DNA of 64,000 bases from the human T2T-CHM13v2.0 reference genome, Homo sapiens. The position numbers were made by a program, and so were the translations under genes. The notes beneath the pieces are model-generated. The model worked only from the letters and a program-made list of their open reading frames with translations, did no database searches and was not told the origin of the DNA. Location of the stretch: assembly GCF_009914755.1 (NCBI RefSeq), contig NC_060944.1; one strand, 5' to 3'. Of this stretch, positions 1 through 13,919 are shown piece after piece. Every line of letters starts with the position of its first letter. Positions within the stretch are counted from its first letter, which is position 1.

Positions 1-72
1 AGGTAATACACTCACAGGTTCTGGGGATTAGGATGTAGATATCTTCAAGGAAGTCATGATTCTGTCTACTTC
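1..72 (-). mobile_element. MLT1 (ERVL-MaLR) LTR 5' end, cut by window edge
   Basis: ctcacaggttctggggattaggatg...attctgtctact is the reverse complement of the typical MLT1 LTR start. Confidence 0.65.
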
Positions 73-484
73 AAGGCCTATCTGAGCTTGCTAAGTTATG
101 TGGTTCCTTAAGGCCTGTGGCCTTCTTTCATTCTCCATGTCTCTGCCATTCTCTCCCATCAGCTGGGTGCCTGACAGTTGACTTGTCTCAACAAATCTTA
201 CTTGTATCTGCTTGAGTGGATAGAGGTCCTTTGGTATCCGGCATCTTCCCAAATGGCCCAGGTGCCAGGATGGCAGATCTTTAAATGATATTCTTTATGG
301 GCCCAGAAAACATATGTATTCCTCTGATTAGATTTGGAGGCCAGCCCCTGTCCCTTCTGAGCTTTGCTTTCTCTGCTAGAAGTGGCTTTCATTTTAGATG
401 CTTACCAGAGGCTTTCGCATTGTCAGATAACTGGGAATCACTATTTGGATGTCATGGTGTACATGTGCAGTTAGGAACCGGTAC

Positions 485-710
485 AACCATTTGCCCCTGT
501 GAAAGCAGCAGCCCCAGGATAAAGCCAACATACAGAGCTGGGCACAACCTAGGGGATATGGAGAAATGGAGCTTGCGCCCTAGATCAAGCTGATCTTGAA
601 GCCCACATTACCTTCCTTTTACATGAGCCAGTACATTTTTCTTATTAGTTAGGCCAACTTGAGTTGTGTATGCAGCTGTTATGTATAGCTGAAAGCATTA
701 CAAATGATAA
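485..710 (+). mobile_element. Old MLT1 (J/K-like) LTR 3' part
   Basis: ttacatgagccagtaca...aggccaacttgagttg...gctgaaagcattacaaatgata resembles the MLT1J-type 3' terminus. Confidence 0.5.
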
Positions 711-877
711 AATGTGAAGGAGCTTGTATATTTCCTCATGGCTTCACCATGTGAAGATTGGGGATTCACGACATGTATTTATCTCCTCCCCCTCCTGAGA
801 CCTAACTATAGAAATGAAAAAGGAAGAAAGTCATGATGATGCAGAGAATGGGAAAAGATCATTAGTGAGTAAGATAG

Positions 878-1491
878 TTTTTTTTTTTTTTTTAATTATA
901 CTTTAAGTTCTAGGGTATGTGTGCACAATGTGTAGGTTTGTTACATAGGTATACATGTGCCACGTTGGTTTACTGCACCCATTAACTCATCATTTACATT
1001 AGGTATTTCTCCTAATGCTATCCCTCCCCCTGTCCCCAATCCCATGACAGGCCCCAGGGTGTGATCTTCCCTGCCCTGTGTCCAAGTGTTCTCATTGTTC
1101 AATTCCCACCTATGAATGAGAACATGTGGTATTTGGTTTTCTGTCCTTGTGATAGTTTGCTCAGAATAATGGTTTCCAGCTGCATCCATGTCCCTACAAA
1201 GGATATGAACTCATCTTTTTTATGGCTGCATAGTATTCCGTGGTGTATATGTGCCACATTTTCTTAATCCAGTCTCTCATTGATGGACATTTGGGTTGGT
1301 TCCAAGTCTTTGCTATCGTGAATAGTGCCGTAATAAACATACATGTGCATGTGTCTTTATAGCAGCATGATTTATAATCCTTTGGGTATACACCCAGTAA
1401 TGGGATCCCTGGGTCAAATGATATTTCTTAGTTCTAGATCCTTGAGGAATCGCCACACTGTCTTCCACAATGGTTGAACTAGCTTACACTC
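878..1491 (-). mobile_element. 5'-truncated L1PA (PA4-6-like) 3' end
   Basis: Poly-T then ttatactttaagttctagggta...cattaggtatttctcctaatgctatccc; degenerate TSD tagtgagtaagatagtt (863-879) / tagtgaatatgatattt (1492-1508). Confidence 0.92.
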
Positions 1492-1637
1492 TAGTGAATA
1501 TGATATTTCAAGAAAGTTCTGGAAGAAGTAAAGGACATGGCAGATGGCACCTGAAGAAGTCACTGCTTAAGTGCATAAGTTCTGAAGACACCAGGTACAG
1601 TAGTGTAAGATGGAGATGCAAGGCTGAAAATGGGCAT

Positions 1638-1695
1638 TGTGTGTGTGTGTGTATGTGTGTGGCATACACACACAAATATATACACATATATACAC
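1638..1695. repeat. (TG)n followed by (CA/TA)n microsatellite
   Basis: Direct reading. Confidence 0.85.
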
Positions 1696-1792
1696 ATTCT
1701 TTCCCCCTAATTCAGAAAAATCAAGCAAAGAAATAGAGGGTTCTTGTAAAATTGACTGGTCTCAGTGAAGTGTCCCAAATGTCTGGCATCTG

Positions 1793-2049
1793 GGGTAGGC
1801 AGACTTATGCATTGAACACAGTGCCTAGAGCCCCAATTCACTCAGGGCTTCCCAAAATGTTTTAATTATTTTAAACTCAGAAAAAATGAGTATAATAATA
1901 ATGAATATGTAATAATAAAATTGACCTGGAGTATTTCATCTTTATACCAACTCAGTCATAAAATATAATTTAAAATAATATTTTTCTCAAGGAAGGAGTA
2001 CAGAGAGTTAAAAGTGCCTGAGGCCCAGAAACATCATAATGTGGCCCTG
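1793..2049. mobile_element. hAT (Tip100-like) non-autonomous DNA transposon, family uncertain
   Basis: agtgcctagagccc / agtgcctgaggccc repeated near both ends, AT-rich core, ends ataatgtggccctg. Confidence 0.5.
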
Positions 2050-2429
2050 ATCTGGGACCCCCTAGTATGAGGATCACTTTCCAACCCATCACCCCAAAGT
2101 GCAGCCCACCAGTCACAAGCCCTATCTGTGTTCAGAGAGCCCAATCAGATTTTTAGAACCTTGCCATTAAAAATGAGGTGAGAGCATATCCCAATCTGTG
2201 ACTGACTCGATTTGAATAGCAGTTAAAGGTGGGTGAGGCTATATTAAAAGCTCTAGGACCCAATCACTGCAGGATTCCCCTTGGTGTGTGAAACGGACTA
2301 CAAAGCCAAGGTCCCATTGACTACTAGAGAGGTTGTCAGGTTAGTGCAGGTAACCTGAGTCAGAAATAACTCACATGTTCATGCAATAGACATTCACTGG
2401 ACTGGGCCCAGCGTTGAGTAAGAGATGGG

Positions 2430-2722
2430 TCCTGTCTTCAGGTGTGCCCAGTCTTCTTAGGGGTCCAAAGACCTAACCTTATAAGACTGTGTCATCAGTG
2501 CCCCAAGACAGGTGTGTGCCTGGTGTCATGGGGCTCAGATGGGGGATTTGGGAAAGATTCACACATGAGGAAATATTTGAGTTGAGTTTTAAAAATTGAA
2601 ACATTTTGACAGATGACAGGGGTGGGAAACTTTCAGGCAGAAGGAACAGTGTGAATGGATGCTCAGAGGTGCGGAAGGCCATTGTGTGTTGAAGGAAAGA
2701 CATACGGCTGACCAAGGCTGAA
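2430..2722 (-). mobile_element. L2 fragment
   Basis: gagttgagttttaaaa...ttcaggcagaaggaacagtgtg...ggctgaagtg is the typical antisense L2 3' region. Confidence 0.65.
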
Positions 2723-2729
2723 GTGACTA

Positions 2730-3385
2730 TATAGTGTAATGGCCAAGTGCATGGACTGTAATTCTTCCCTACCTGGGTTCAAACTCCAGTCCTGCTATTT
2801 CTTAACTGTGTGAATTTGGCACATTTCTTAAATCGATTTTTTAGCTTTCCCATATGTAAAGTGGAGAGAATCATAATAGTACTGTTGAAGCAAACTAAAT
2901 ATGGTCTGAGAAGGACTCCGTGCTTCTCTATTTGAGTCCTTGTGGATGAACTGTAGCCTAGCTTAGTCAGACAAGATTGAGAACCTAACTTAGGAGCATG
3001 TGCCTGTAACAATAACTGAGTCTTGGCCAATCCCAGGGCCGTGCTTCAACCACTCAGAGGGCTAAGTTTTCAAACTGTGTTCAAATGAGGCAAACGCCAA
3101 CCTGGAACCCATCCAGCTGTTTCTGTGCCTCACTGCCGATTTCTGTACGTCATTTCCCTTTTTTTTGTCTATAAATCTTCTTCCACCATGTGGCTGCACT
3201 GGAGTCTCTGTGAATCTGCTGTGAATCTGGGGGCTGCCTGATTTGCGAATCATTTGTTGCTCAGTGAAGTTCCTTTAAATTTAATTTGGCTGAAGGTTTT
3301 CTTTTATCAGTACCTACCTCAAAGGACTGTTTTCAGGATTATATCCTGGAATAAAGTAAATGCTCTATATGTTACCTATTATTGT
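2730..3385 (+). mobile_element. MIR interrupted by the MER57 LTR
   Basis: cctgggttcaaactccag...ctgtgtgaatttggcac...atgtaaagtggag...aatagtac, resuming ctacctcaaaggactgtt after the LTR. Confidence 0.75.
2883..3309 (+). mobile_element. MER57 (ERV1) solo LTR
   Basis: TG...CA termini, perfect 4-bp TSD gtac (2879-2882 / 3310-3313), tgttgaagcaaactaaatatggtctgagaaggactccg start typical of MER57A/B. Confidence 0.88.
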
Positions 3386-3824
3386 TACCCCCACCCGTTT
3401 GGATTGTGGAAGTTTCTTCTGTCTCCCTGATGGGCTGTGAGCTCCTCGGTGGTAGGAGCCACACCTTCCTCACCTCTGCCTCTTCCATGGGACCTAAGGC
3501 CATGTAAGTGCTTGCTAAAGGCAGATTGAATTAAATGGGCCTCTGAAAGGGTGACATATATAAGCAATTATGATTTATTTTTCTTCTAAAGAAGGAAATA
3601 GAAAGTTCCTTTCCTCTGCTGGTGATGACAAATTTGCATTGCTTAAAAATGCTGATTGGAGGAAGGCAGGCCACATTTATGGGATGTCCACAGTGTCCAC
3701 ATCCCCAGCTTCATTTACTCCTTCCTACAACCAGTGGAGCAAGGTTTACATACCCATTTAATAGAGGGGAAAACTGGGGCCCACGGTCACTGAGATAAGT
3801 GTGATACAGTCAGAATTCAAACAC

Positions 3825-4231
<407 letters not shown>

Positions 4232-5246
4232 CCTTCCCTGGAAATTTGCTCAAGCTCTTGGGAATGGAGGGCTAAAGGAAAGAGCCTGGCCACTCATTTG
4301 GGAGGGGAAAAATAGTTGCTAACACAGACGGAGGGAGAGACATCCCTATCCCATTGAAGGTGGCTGTCCTGTGGGAAGCCTGCAATTGCTGACTGTGACC
4401 ACTAGATGGAAGCATGGAGAACAGTGCCGGTTACAGTCTGGGTGGAATTTGACCTGTGCTCCCCAAGCAGGAGCTGTGCCTGGGCTTCCATGGATGCTCC
4501 AGAGAAAAAGCCCCAAGCTGGCCTGGCCTCGCAGCGTGTGGGCTGCTGCATGGAACAGGAGTAGTCAGTTGGTCCTATGTTCCCAGCTCAGGGACTGGCC
4601 TCAAGATTCACTGGGCTGAATGCTGGGGTTCCATTACCCTTTTGGATTTCATGGCTCCTGGCTTCCCTCTGCTCACTGTCGCCACCACTGGGCTCAGTCC
4701 ATCCATGGGGAACATCTATTAGTGGAGAAGGGCCAAGTAATTTATTTTTTTGGATATGTGTGTCCACACTGCTTGGAAACAAAATTGTAGCTTCCTGTAC
4801 TGGCCAGATTCTCTGTCCTTGGCCCTCCACAGTGGCTCGTCCCTGGTCAGGGTCCCAAGCGGCCACCCCCGATCACCTAGAGTTTGGCAACTCTTGGAAG
4901 ACTAGAGCAATGGTCTGGTCTTGATAATTTCATCACATAAAAGGGCAGGGAACACATTGCAACAAAGTTCACTCCCTGCTTCATTCCCAGAATAATGTGT
5001 CTGTAAATGAATTAGAAGTGGATTTGACACGTATTTTCAATGAAAAGGTCAAAGACATTACAACTGAAAACACTCCTCTCTGTGTAGACAGGCCTGCTAG
5101 TGTGTCACAAGGCTCTCAAGGAGAGAGGGGGAAAGACTAATGCCCATGGGCCATGCAGGTGGCAGGGGCTTCGTCTACTGTCTCTCTGTGAAGTGGACAT
5201 TCTAATTATTATTTCTACCTTACAGTGGAAAGTGTGGCTCAGAGAG

Positions 5247-5764
5247 TGTATTTGTTATCTATTGCTGTATAACAAATTACTTCAAAACTTAGTCGCTTGA
5301 AATAATAAGCATGTAGTTTCTGAGTGTCAGGAATCTGGGAGTGGCCTAGCTGGGTGGTGCTAATTTTAGGTATCTCGAGGTTGCACTCAAGATGTTGGTT
5401 TGGGCTGCAGTCATCTGAAGGCTTGACTGGGGCTGGATACTCTGCTTTCAAGATGACACACTCACATGGCTGTTGGAAGGAGGCCTCAGTTCTGCATCAT
5501 GCAGTACTGGTGAGGCCTCCACAGGAGGCCTGAGTGTCAGTTTAGCATGGCGGTTGGCTTTTACAAGGGCTAGTGATCCAAGGGAGAAGGCGAAGACACA
5601 TGCCTTTTTATGAACTAGCCTCAGAAACTACACATCATCACTTCTGTCATATTCTATTGGTCGTGCAGACCAACCATGATGCAGGGTGGGATGGGACTCC
5701 AGAAGGGTGTGCAGATTGGTAGACAAGGATCTTTGGGGGCTATCCTGGAGACCGGCTGCTACCA
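5247..5764 (-). mobile_element. MLT1 (F/G-like) solo LTR inserted in a MIR
   Basis: TG..CA ends, 5-bp TSD gagag (5242-5246 / 5765-5769), flanks rejoin as MIR ggctcagagag|cttaagtaactt. Confidence 0.85.
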
Positions 5765-5904
5765 GAGAGCTTAAGTAACTTGGCTATCAAATAGACTGAA
5801 ATTCACTTAAAGTTCCCACTGTTCTTTTGTAGTAGGGGCAGAGGCCTTGGAGAGACATTCGGATAGGTGAAAGAATCAAGAACTCATGCTTTGCCCACTC
5901 TACT

Positions 5905-6445
5905 GAAAAAATTAAAAAATGCTGATAATACTATTTCTCAGGATATGGGGAAATGGACACTTTCATTCACTGTTCAAAATTTAAATTTTTCTTTATTTTG
6001 ACTCTACCACTCTTCCTTTAAGACTCTATCCTATAGAAATATCTACATTCGCACATATATGCAACATATATACATATATAACTTTTTTAAAAAAAACCAG
6101 AAGTATCATTTATTATAGGGAACAATTGGAGATAAATCTGGGATTGATTAAATAAAAATTATATGTCATTCTAGTGAAATATCTGATAGCCATGGAAAAG
6201 AATAAGGCAGATATATATGGAAAGATTGTTGAGTGAATATAGCATGTTATAGAACTATATAGAGACATAGTAGGATTCCATTTATGTATATGCATATAAG
6301 ACATATACATATATGTATGTATTTTTATTGTTACTATAAATATAAAAAAAAAAACCAAACCATTAGCCATGGTTACTTGTAGGAGGTGGGACTTTGGGAG
6401 GGGCATGTGTACTTTACACTCTTGTCTGTAGTTTAAATTATTTCC
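5905..6445 (+). mobile_element. Ancient L1M 3' fragment
   Basis: gataatac...ggatatggggaaatggacactttcattcactgtt and ccacttcctttaagactctatccta match the degraded L1 ORF2 end and 3'UTR. Confidence 0.55.
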
Positions 6446-6479
6446 ATAGGTTCTTTTCACATCTAAATAACTTGATAAA

Positions 6480-7075
6480 ATTAACATTGATACAACATTA
6501 TCTACAGACATTGTTTGAATGTATCCAGTTTTTCCAGTAATGTTCTTTTTTTCTGGTGCAGGATCAGCGCTCTCCATTGCATTAGCTATGTCTTCCTGGT
6601 CTTCTCTAATCTGTAAGAGGTTGTCAGATTTTTATTTGTGACTTTCATTACCTGACACTTTTGAAGAGTACTGGTCAGTTACTTTGTAGCATGGCCCTCA
6701 ATTTGGATTTGTCAGGTGTTTTTTCATGGTTAGATTGAGATTATGCATTGTGGCAAGAATATCACAGAAGGGACGTATTGCTCTTCTCAGGGCATCGCAT
6801 CACTGATGTTGATATATCTTATTACCTGTGATATTAATGTTGATCTCTTGGTAAAGGTGCTGTCTGCCAGGTTTCTTCACCATTAAGTTCCTATTTCTCC
6901 ATTTGTATTTAATAAGTATCTTGTTTGTAACAATTACATGGTGGTGTTTGCCTGATGGTGATTTTCTATTTCCATTATTCCTTGTATTTATTAGTTAGTG
7001 TTCTTCTGTAAGGATGAGCTGTCCCTATCCACCAATTTAATTATTCAGTGATTTATATTTATGTCAGTATGGAAA
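6480..7075 (-). mobile_element. L1MC-type 3'UTR fragment
   Basis: ttgaagagtactggtcagttactttgtag...tggcaagaatatcacagaag is characteristic of L1MC4/5. Confidence 0.65.
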
Positions 7076-7702
7076 ATAGCATATTAAAATATGTTCTTTA
7101 TAAAATTAATATAAACTAAAAATCTTGAATGTCGAGTTACCATTTTTCAGAAAGAACAAATAATTTTTGGTGAAAGGATCCCCTGTCATGCAGGGCAGAG
7201 AGAGCAGAGCTTTCAGGAAGAAGCCCAGTCTTGGGACCATAATAGAATTTGAGCCTGCTTGCAGCATAGAGATCCTTAATTTCATTTCACAGATGATGAA
7301 ATGGCTCAGAGAAGTTGAATTGGCAAATCATGCTGTAGCCAGGCTTAGGATCTATGTCTGTTTGATTCTAAGACTCACGTGCATTCCACCATCCTCTTTC
7401 AAACATCAGGAGGGGGTGAACTTTAAGGTCCCTTTCAAGTCTGAATTTCTACACCTATGAAGTCTCCCAACCATGTGGACCTGTGACCTCATCTTCCCTT
7501 CCTTAGGGGACTCCAGCCAGAGACTTACTGCCCTGGGGGAGCCTCAGTTGCTGTTCTACAGACCCAGCTTGTCAGAACCTCAAAGATAAGGCTTTTAAAG
7601 AACCTTTCAGCTCTTCCCCAACTAAGCATGACTCCATACAACTGCGGTTCTCATCTGCACATAATTTAATTCCTCTTCAGCACAAAGAGATGGTAAATCA
7701 GT

Positions 7703-7777
7703 TGTGCATGTGTATGTGTGTGAATGTGTGTGTGTGCACGTGTGCATGTATGGATATATATGTGCGTATTGTGTGTG
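7703..7777. repeat. Degenerate (TG)n
   Basis: Direct reading. Confidence 0.8.
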
Positions 7778-8009
7778 GGGGGTAGTGAAAGGGAACCAGA
7801 TAACCACACTTAACACTGGGGGTCAGTTCAAATTGTTCCCAGCAATCAACTCCCAGCAGGCTTGTCAATGCAATGCTTGAAGGCTTTCGTTCTGAGTTTC
7901 CTGGAAGAGAATTGAGACTTTTAGTTTTTAGCTTACCCATCATAAAAGAAGCTCTATTCGACTCCTTGTTCTACATCACACACACCACCCCTGTGTCCTT
8001 CCTAGCACT

Positions 8010-8190
8010 TTTTCCAGGGCACTAGTATCTCAGTAATTATTTGAGTTATGTTGCCTCCCCTACTAGACTATATGCACTATAGCAGACAGCGACCATATTT
8101 GTTTTCCTCATTGTGGTACACCCAGTGCCTTGTATAGGGCCTTGCACATAACAGGCACTCAATAAATATTTGTTAAATAAACGAACAAAT
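8010..8190 (+). mobile_element. L2 3' end
   Basis: ctcccctactagact...cagtgcct...ggcactcaataaatatttgttaaat. Confidence 0.75.
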
Positions 8191-9384
8191 CATTTAGTTC
8201 AAAAAATCAGTGTTTCCTTTGATGGGCAAGAAAGGCATGCTTGTGTAGTGGAAGGCCTGTGAAAAGCATAGTTTTTCCTTAATCTGCACCTGTGTATTGC
8301 ATGTTAGTTAGCTCAGCAAATGTACATTTTCTCTGGGAAACTTCTGAAAACACAAAGGTTACATGCCATTGAATCCGTGCTGAATTTGGTGATTGATTTT
8401 ATGTTTTTTTGATCTTTATAAAGGTTGGGCAGTGGATCAGGTTGTTAAATAGCAAAGCAGATATCCTTGTTAAGATATCCAAAGGTGTCAATTCTCAGAA
8501 ACTGGGTTTACACACCCAGTGAAGGGCAGACACAGCCCGGTGGTGTTCTCCAAAGAGCCACAAGATGGTGCTGCTGTTGCTCCCCAGGCCTGGCCTTTTT
8601 GCTCACGCCTGTAGCCGCTGGAATAATTACAGTAAAAAGCTCTTTATAAGTTAGAAGTGATTGCCCGATAGAAACTCTGCTCGAATTTTGGCTAATGATG
8701 GAGACTTCTCACAATGAATGCTTTTGAAGAAGGCCTCAGTGAAAGCCTTGCATTCTTGGTGTATTTTCCAAAGGCACCAATTGAGAGAAGGAAAAATGGC
8801 TGGAAATGGCAGCCTCCTCCCCAAGAACCACCAGCAGACAGTGAGCCCTCCAGCAGCAAGGCTGGATTGATTGGCTGTTCTCTCAGGCATAACTCTGTCT
8901 CCAGTGGCATTTTCCCTCCTGGCCCTTTGAATCCTCTCCCACGGATCCAAGTTGTCTGTTAGCAGTTGTATCATTGAGCTGGGTTCTGTTCTAGCTGCTT
9001 GAAGTCTCTGATTTAATTGTAATGGGCTAGGCATGCATTTGTTCACTCATTCCTCCATTCATTCATTATGCATCCAGTACTTGCTGTGTGCCAGATACTG
9101 TGCTAGAAACTAGGAAAGCAACTGCAAATAAGGCAGCCAAAGATTTGGACTTGAGTTTTCCCCCGACCTCTGCTCTACCCTGATCCAGCCTGATTCTGGC
9201 CAGCCCTCGCCCATGGTGGAGGGACTCCTTTTCCCTCTGCCTCATTTTCCTATTGGGTCTATGCCTGGGTCTTGTACAGTTTGATGATCTGAACTGTAGC
9301 TTTAATACTGACTCTGAGAGAATGCCTAGGAGCCCTGCCTGTCCTGGACACCTTATCTGCTGGACAAAGAAACTGATCTGAGTT

Positions 9385-9549
9385 TGGGTGACTAACCAAA
9401 CCTGTTTTCTTGGTACTGAGAGGAGAGATAGTCATGGGATGCAGAACTTTCAGTTTTAAGAAAAGTACTGATGAGTTTCCCAGGATGTGAGACTTTCAGT
9501 GCTAAAACCTGAAAAGTCCTGGGCAAATTGGGGTGGGTTTGTCACCATA
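9385..9549. mobile_element. hAT-Blackjack MITE (MER94/MER81-like)
   Basis: gggtgac...gtcacca terminal inverted repeats; gactttcagtgctaaaacc core. Confidence 0.6.
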
Positions 9550-9744
9550 GGTCAGCTTCCCCACCACACTCCTGACAGGCCTGGCCTCCTTGCCTCTCTC
9601 CACCCAGTGTTTCTGAGGTCCAAGCTACTAGACTGAGAGGCTAATTATTAATATAACCCCTGCCTGTCCTGTGCTTTCTGGTCACCTTAGGGGTGACTAG
9701 CAGGATGCCTGGGGAGGACGGGGGGAGCATGTCTTAGCATGAGC

Positions 9745-9850
9745 AATGACCTTGAACAAGTCACTTAACCTCTCAGCCTCCATTTCTTTTATTGTAAATA
9801 GGTATAATTATCCCTGTCTCAGATTTCTTGAGAGGATTAAGTGAGTTCAT
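9745..9850 (+). mobile_element. MIR core
   Basis: tgaccttgaacaagtcacttaacctctcagcctc...tgtaaatagg. Confidence 0.7.
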
Positions 9851-11931
9851 GCATATAAAGTATCAGGTATAAACCTAAACATGTGGGCACAGCCAGATGT
9901 CGATGATATAGTGAGTGAAAAAAGCAATGGCAGAAAGATACATGGAAGTAAGTCTGCAGCTGCAATCTGGAGTGCAGAGCACAGGGCAGGTTGGGGTAGG
10001 GTGGTGGGGAGTGTGGCTGGGCCTGGCAAGAGGTGAGACTGAAAAGGCAGTCAGGGGCCAGTTCCCGGAAGGCCTTGAAAGCCTCTCTGAGGCTTTTAGA
10101 TTTTACTCTGATTGCAGTAGAAGTTGCTGAGGGATTTTAGGCAGAGGAATGACCAGATAGGTTTGGGTTTTAGAAAGATGCCATTTCCTACTCATGGCTG
10201 TTGTGTGGATATAATGGTGGTCACTCAGTAGCTGCCAAAAAATATCCCCCTTTTTCTTATTATTGTATTTTTCCCCTTACAGTCTCCCTGGTCCCTTTAC
10301 CTCATTTATGTATTCAGCAAATCTCTTTATTAAAAAGTTCAACTTTTATTTTAGATTCAAATGGTACATGTGCAGGTGTTACATGGGTATATTGTGTGAT
10401 GCTGAGGTTTGGGGTACAATTGATCCCATCATCCAGGTAGTGAGCATAGTACCGGACAAGAGGCTTTTCAGCCCCTGCCCCCTCCCTCCCTGCCCCCTTT
10501 TGGAATCCGTAGTGTCTATTGTTCCAATCTTTGTGTCCATGTGTACCTAGTGTTTAGCTCCCACTTATGAGTGGGAACATGCGGTATTTGGTTTTCTGTT
10601 CCCATGTTCGTTCGCTTAGCATAATGGCCTCCAGCTGCAACCACGTTGCTGAAGGGACATGATTTTGTTCTTTTTTTATGGCTGTATAGTATTCCATGGT
10701 GTATTTGTGCCACATTTTCTTTATCCAATCCACCGTGGATGGGCACCTAGGTTGATTCCACGTCTTTGCTATTGTGAATAGTGTCGTGATGAATACGAGA
10801 GGGCATGTGTCTTTTTGGTAGAATGATTTATTTTCCTTTGGATATATACCGGTACTGGGATTGCTGGGTTGAACGATAGTTCTGAGTTCTTTGGGAAACA
10901 TCTGAACTGCTTTCCACAGTGGCTGAACTAATTTACATTCCCAGCAACTGTGTATAAACATTCCATTTTTCCCATAGCCTCACCAGCATCTGTAATTTTT
11001 TGGCTTTTTAGTAATAGCCATTCTGACGGATATGAGATGGTATCTTATAGTGGTTTTGATTTGCATCTCTCTGGTGATTAGTAATGTGGAGCATTTTTTT
11101 CATATGTTTGTTGGCCATTTGTATGTCTTCTTTTCAAAAGTGTCTGTTCATGTCCTTTGCCTATTTTTTGATGGGGTTGTTTTTTGCTTGCTGATTTAGG
11201 TTTCTTACAGAGTCTCAATATTAGATCTTTGTCAGATGCATAGTTTGTGGCTATTTTCTCTCATTCTATAGGTTGTCTGTTTACCTTGTTGGTAGTTTCT
11301 TTTGCTGTGCAGATGCTGTTTAGCTTCATAGGGCCCACTTGTCAGTTTTTGTTTTGTTGAGATTGATTTTTGAGGTCTTAGCTATAAATTCTTTGCCATG
11401 AGCGATGTCCAGAATGGTATTTCTCAGGTTTTCTTATAGGATTTTTATAGCTTGAGGTCTTATATTTAAATCTTTGATCCATCTTGAATTAATTTTTGTA
11501 TATGGTAAAAAGTAGGGGTCCAGTTTCATTCTTCTGCATATGATTAGCCAGTTATCCCAGCAGCATTTATTGAATATAGAGTCCTTTCTCCATTGCTTGT
11601 TTTTGTTGACTTCATCGAAGATCAGATGGTTGCAGGTGTGTGGCTTTATTTCTGAGTTCTCTGTTCTGTTCCTTGGGTCTATGTGTCTGTTTTTGTACAA
11701 GTACCATGCTGTTTTGGTTACTGTAGCCTTATAATACAGTTTGAAGTCACATAATGTGATGTCTCTGACTTTGTTCTTTTTGGGTAGGATTGCTTTGGCT
11801 AATTGGGCTTTTTAAAGAGTAGTTTTTTTTCTTTCTGTGAAACATTATGTTGGTGGTTTGTTAGGAATAGTGTTGAATCTGTAGATTGCTTTGGGCAGTA
11901 TTTTAATAATAGTGATTCTTCCAATCCGTGA

Positions 11932-12316
<385 letters not shown>

Positions 12317-12606
12317 CATCTATGATTTCTTTCAGAAGTGTTTTGCAGTTCTCCTTATAGCGCTCTTTCACTTCCTTGCTTAGATGTTTTCCTAGGTGTG
12401 TGTGTGTGTTTATATTTTTTTTATGGCTATTGTACATGGAATTCTTGATTTGGCTCTCAGCTTGAGTGTTACTGGTATATAGAAATGCTATTGATTTTTG
12501 ATTTTTGTACCCTGAAACTTTACTGAAGTTGTTTATCAGTTTTAGGAGGCTTTTGGCAGAATATTTAGGGTTTTCTAGGTATAGAATTATATTGTCAGTG
12601 AAGAGA

Positions 12607-12910
<304 letters not shown>

Positions 12911-13239
12911 AAAAAGAGATGATTTGACTTCCTCTTTTCCTATTTGGGTGCCTTTTATTTCTTTCTCCTGCTTGATTGCTCTGGCTAGAACTTCTAATAC
13001 AGTGTTGAATAGGAGTGGTGAAAGTTGACATCCTTGTGGTGTTCTAGTTCTTAAGGAGAATGCTTCCAGCTTTTGCCCATTCAGAATGATGTTGGTTATG
13101 GGTTTCACAGATGGCTCTTACTATTTTGAAATATGTTCCTTTGATGCCTAGTTTGTTGAGAGCTTTTATCATGAAAAGATGTTGAATTTTATTGAAAGGT
13201 TTCTCTGCATCTATTGAGATAATCATATGGTTTTGTTTA

Positions 13240-13356
<117 letters not shown>

Positions 13357-13579
13357 TCAATTTGCTTGTATTTTGTTGAGGATTTGGTCTCTATGTTCAT
13401 CAGGGATATTGGCCTGTAGTTTTCTTTTTTTGTTGTGTCTTTACCAGATTTCGGTATCTGGGTAATACTAGCTTAGCAGAATGAATGAGGGAAGAGTCCC
13501 TCTTTCTCAGTTTCTTAGAAGAGTTTTGGTAGAGTTGGTACCAACTCTTCTTTGTACATTTGGTAGAATTTGGCAGTGA

Positions 13580-13919
<340 letters not shown>

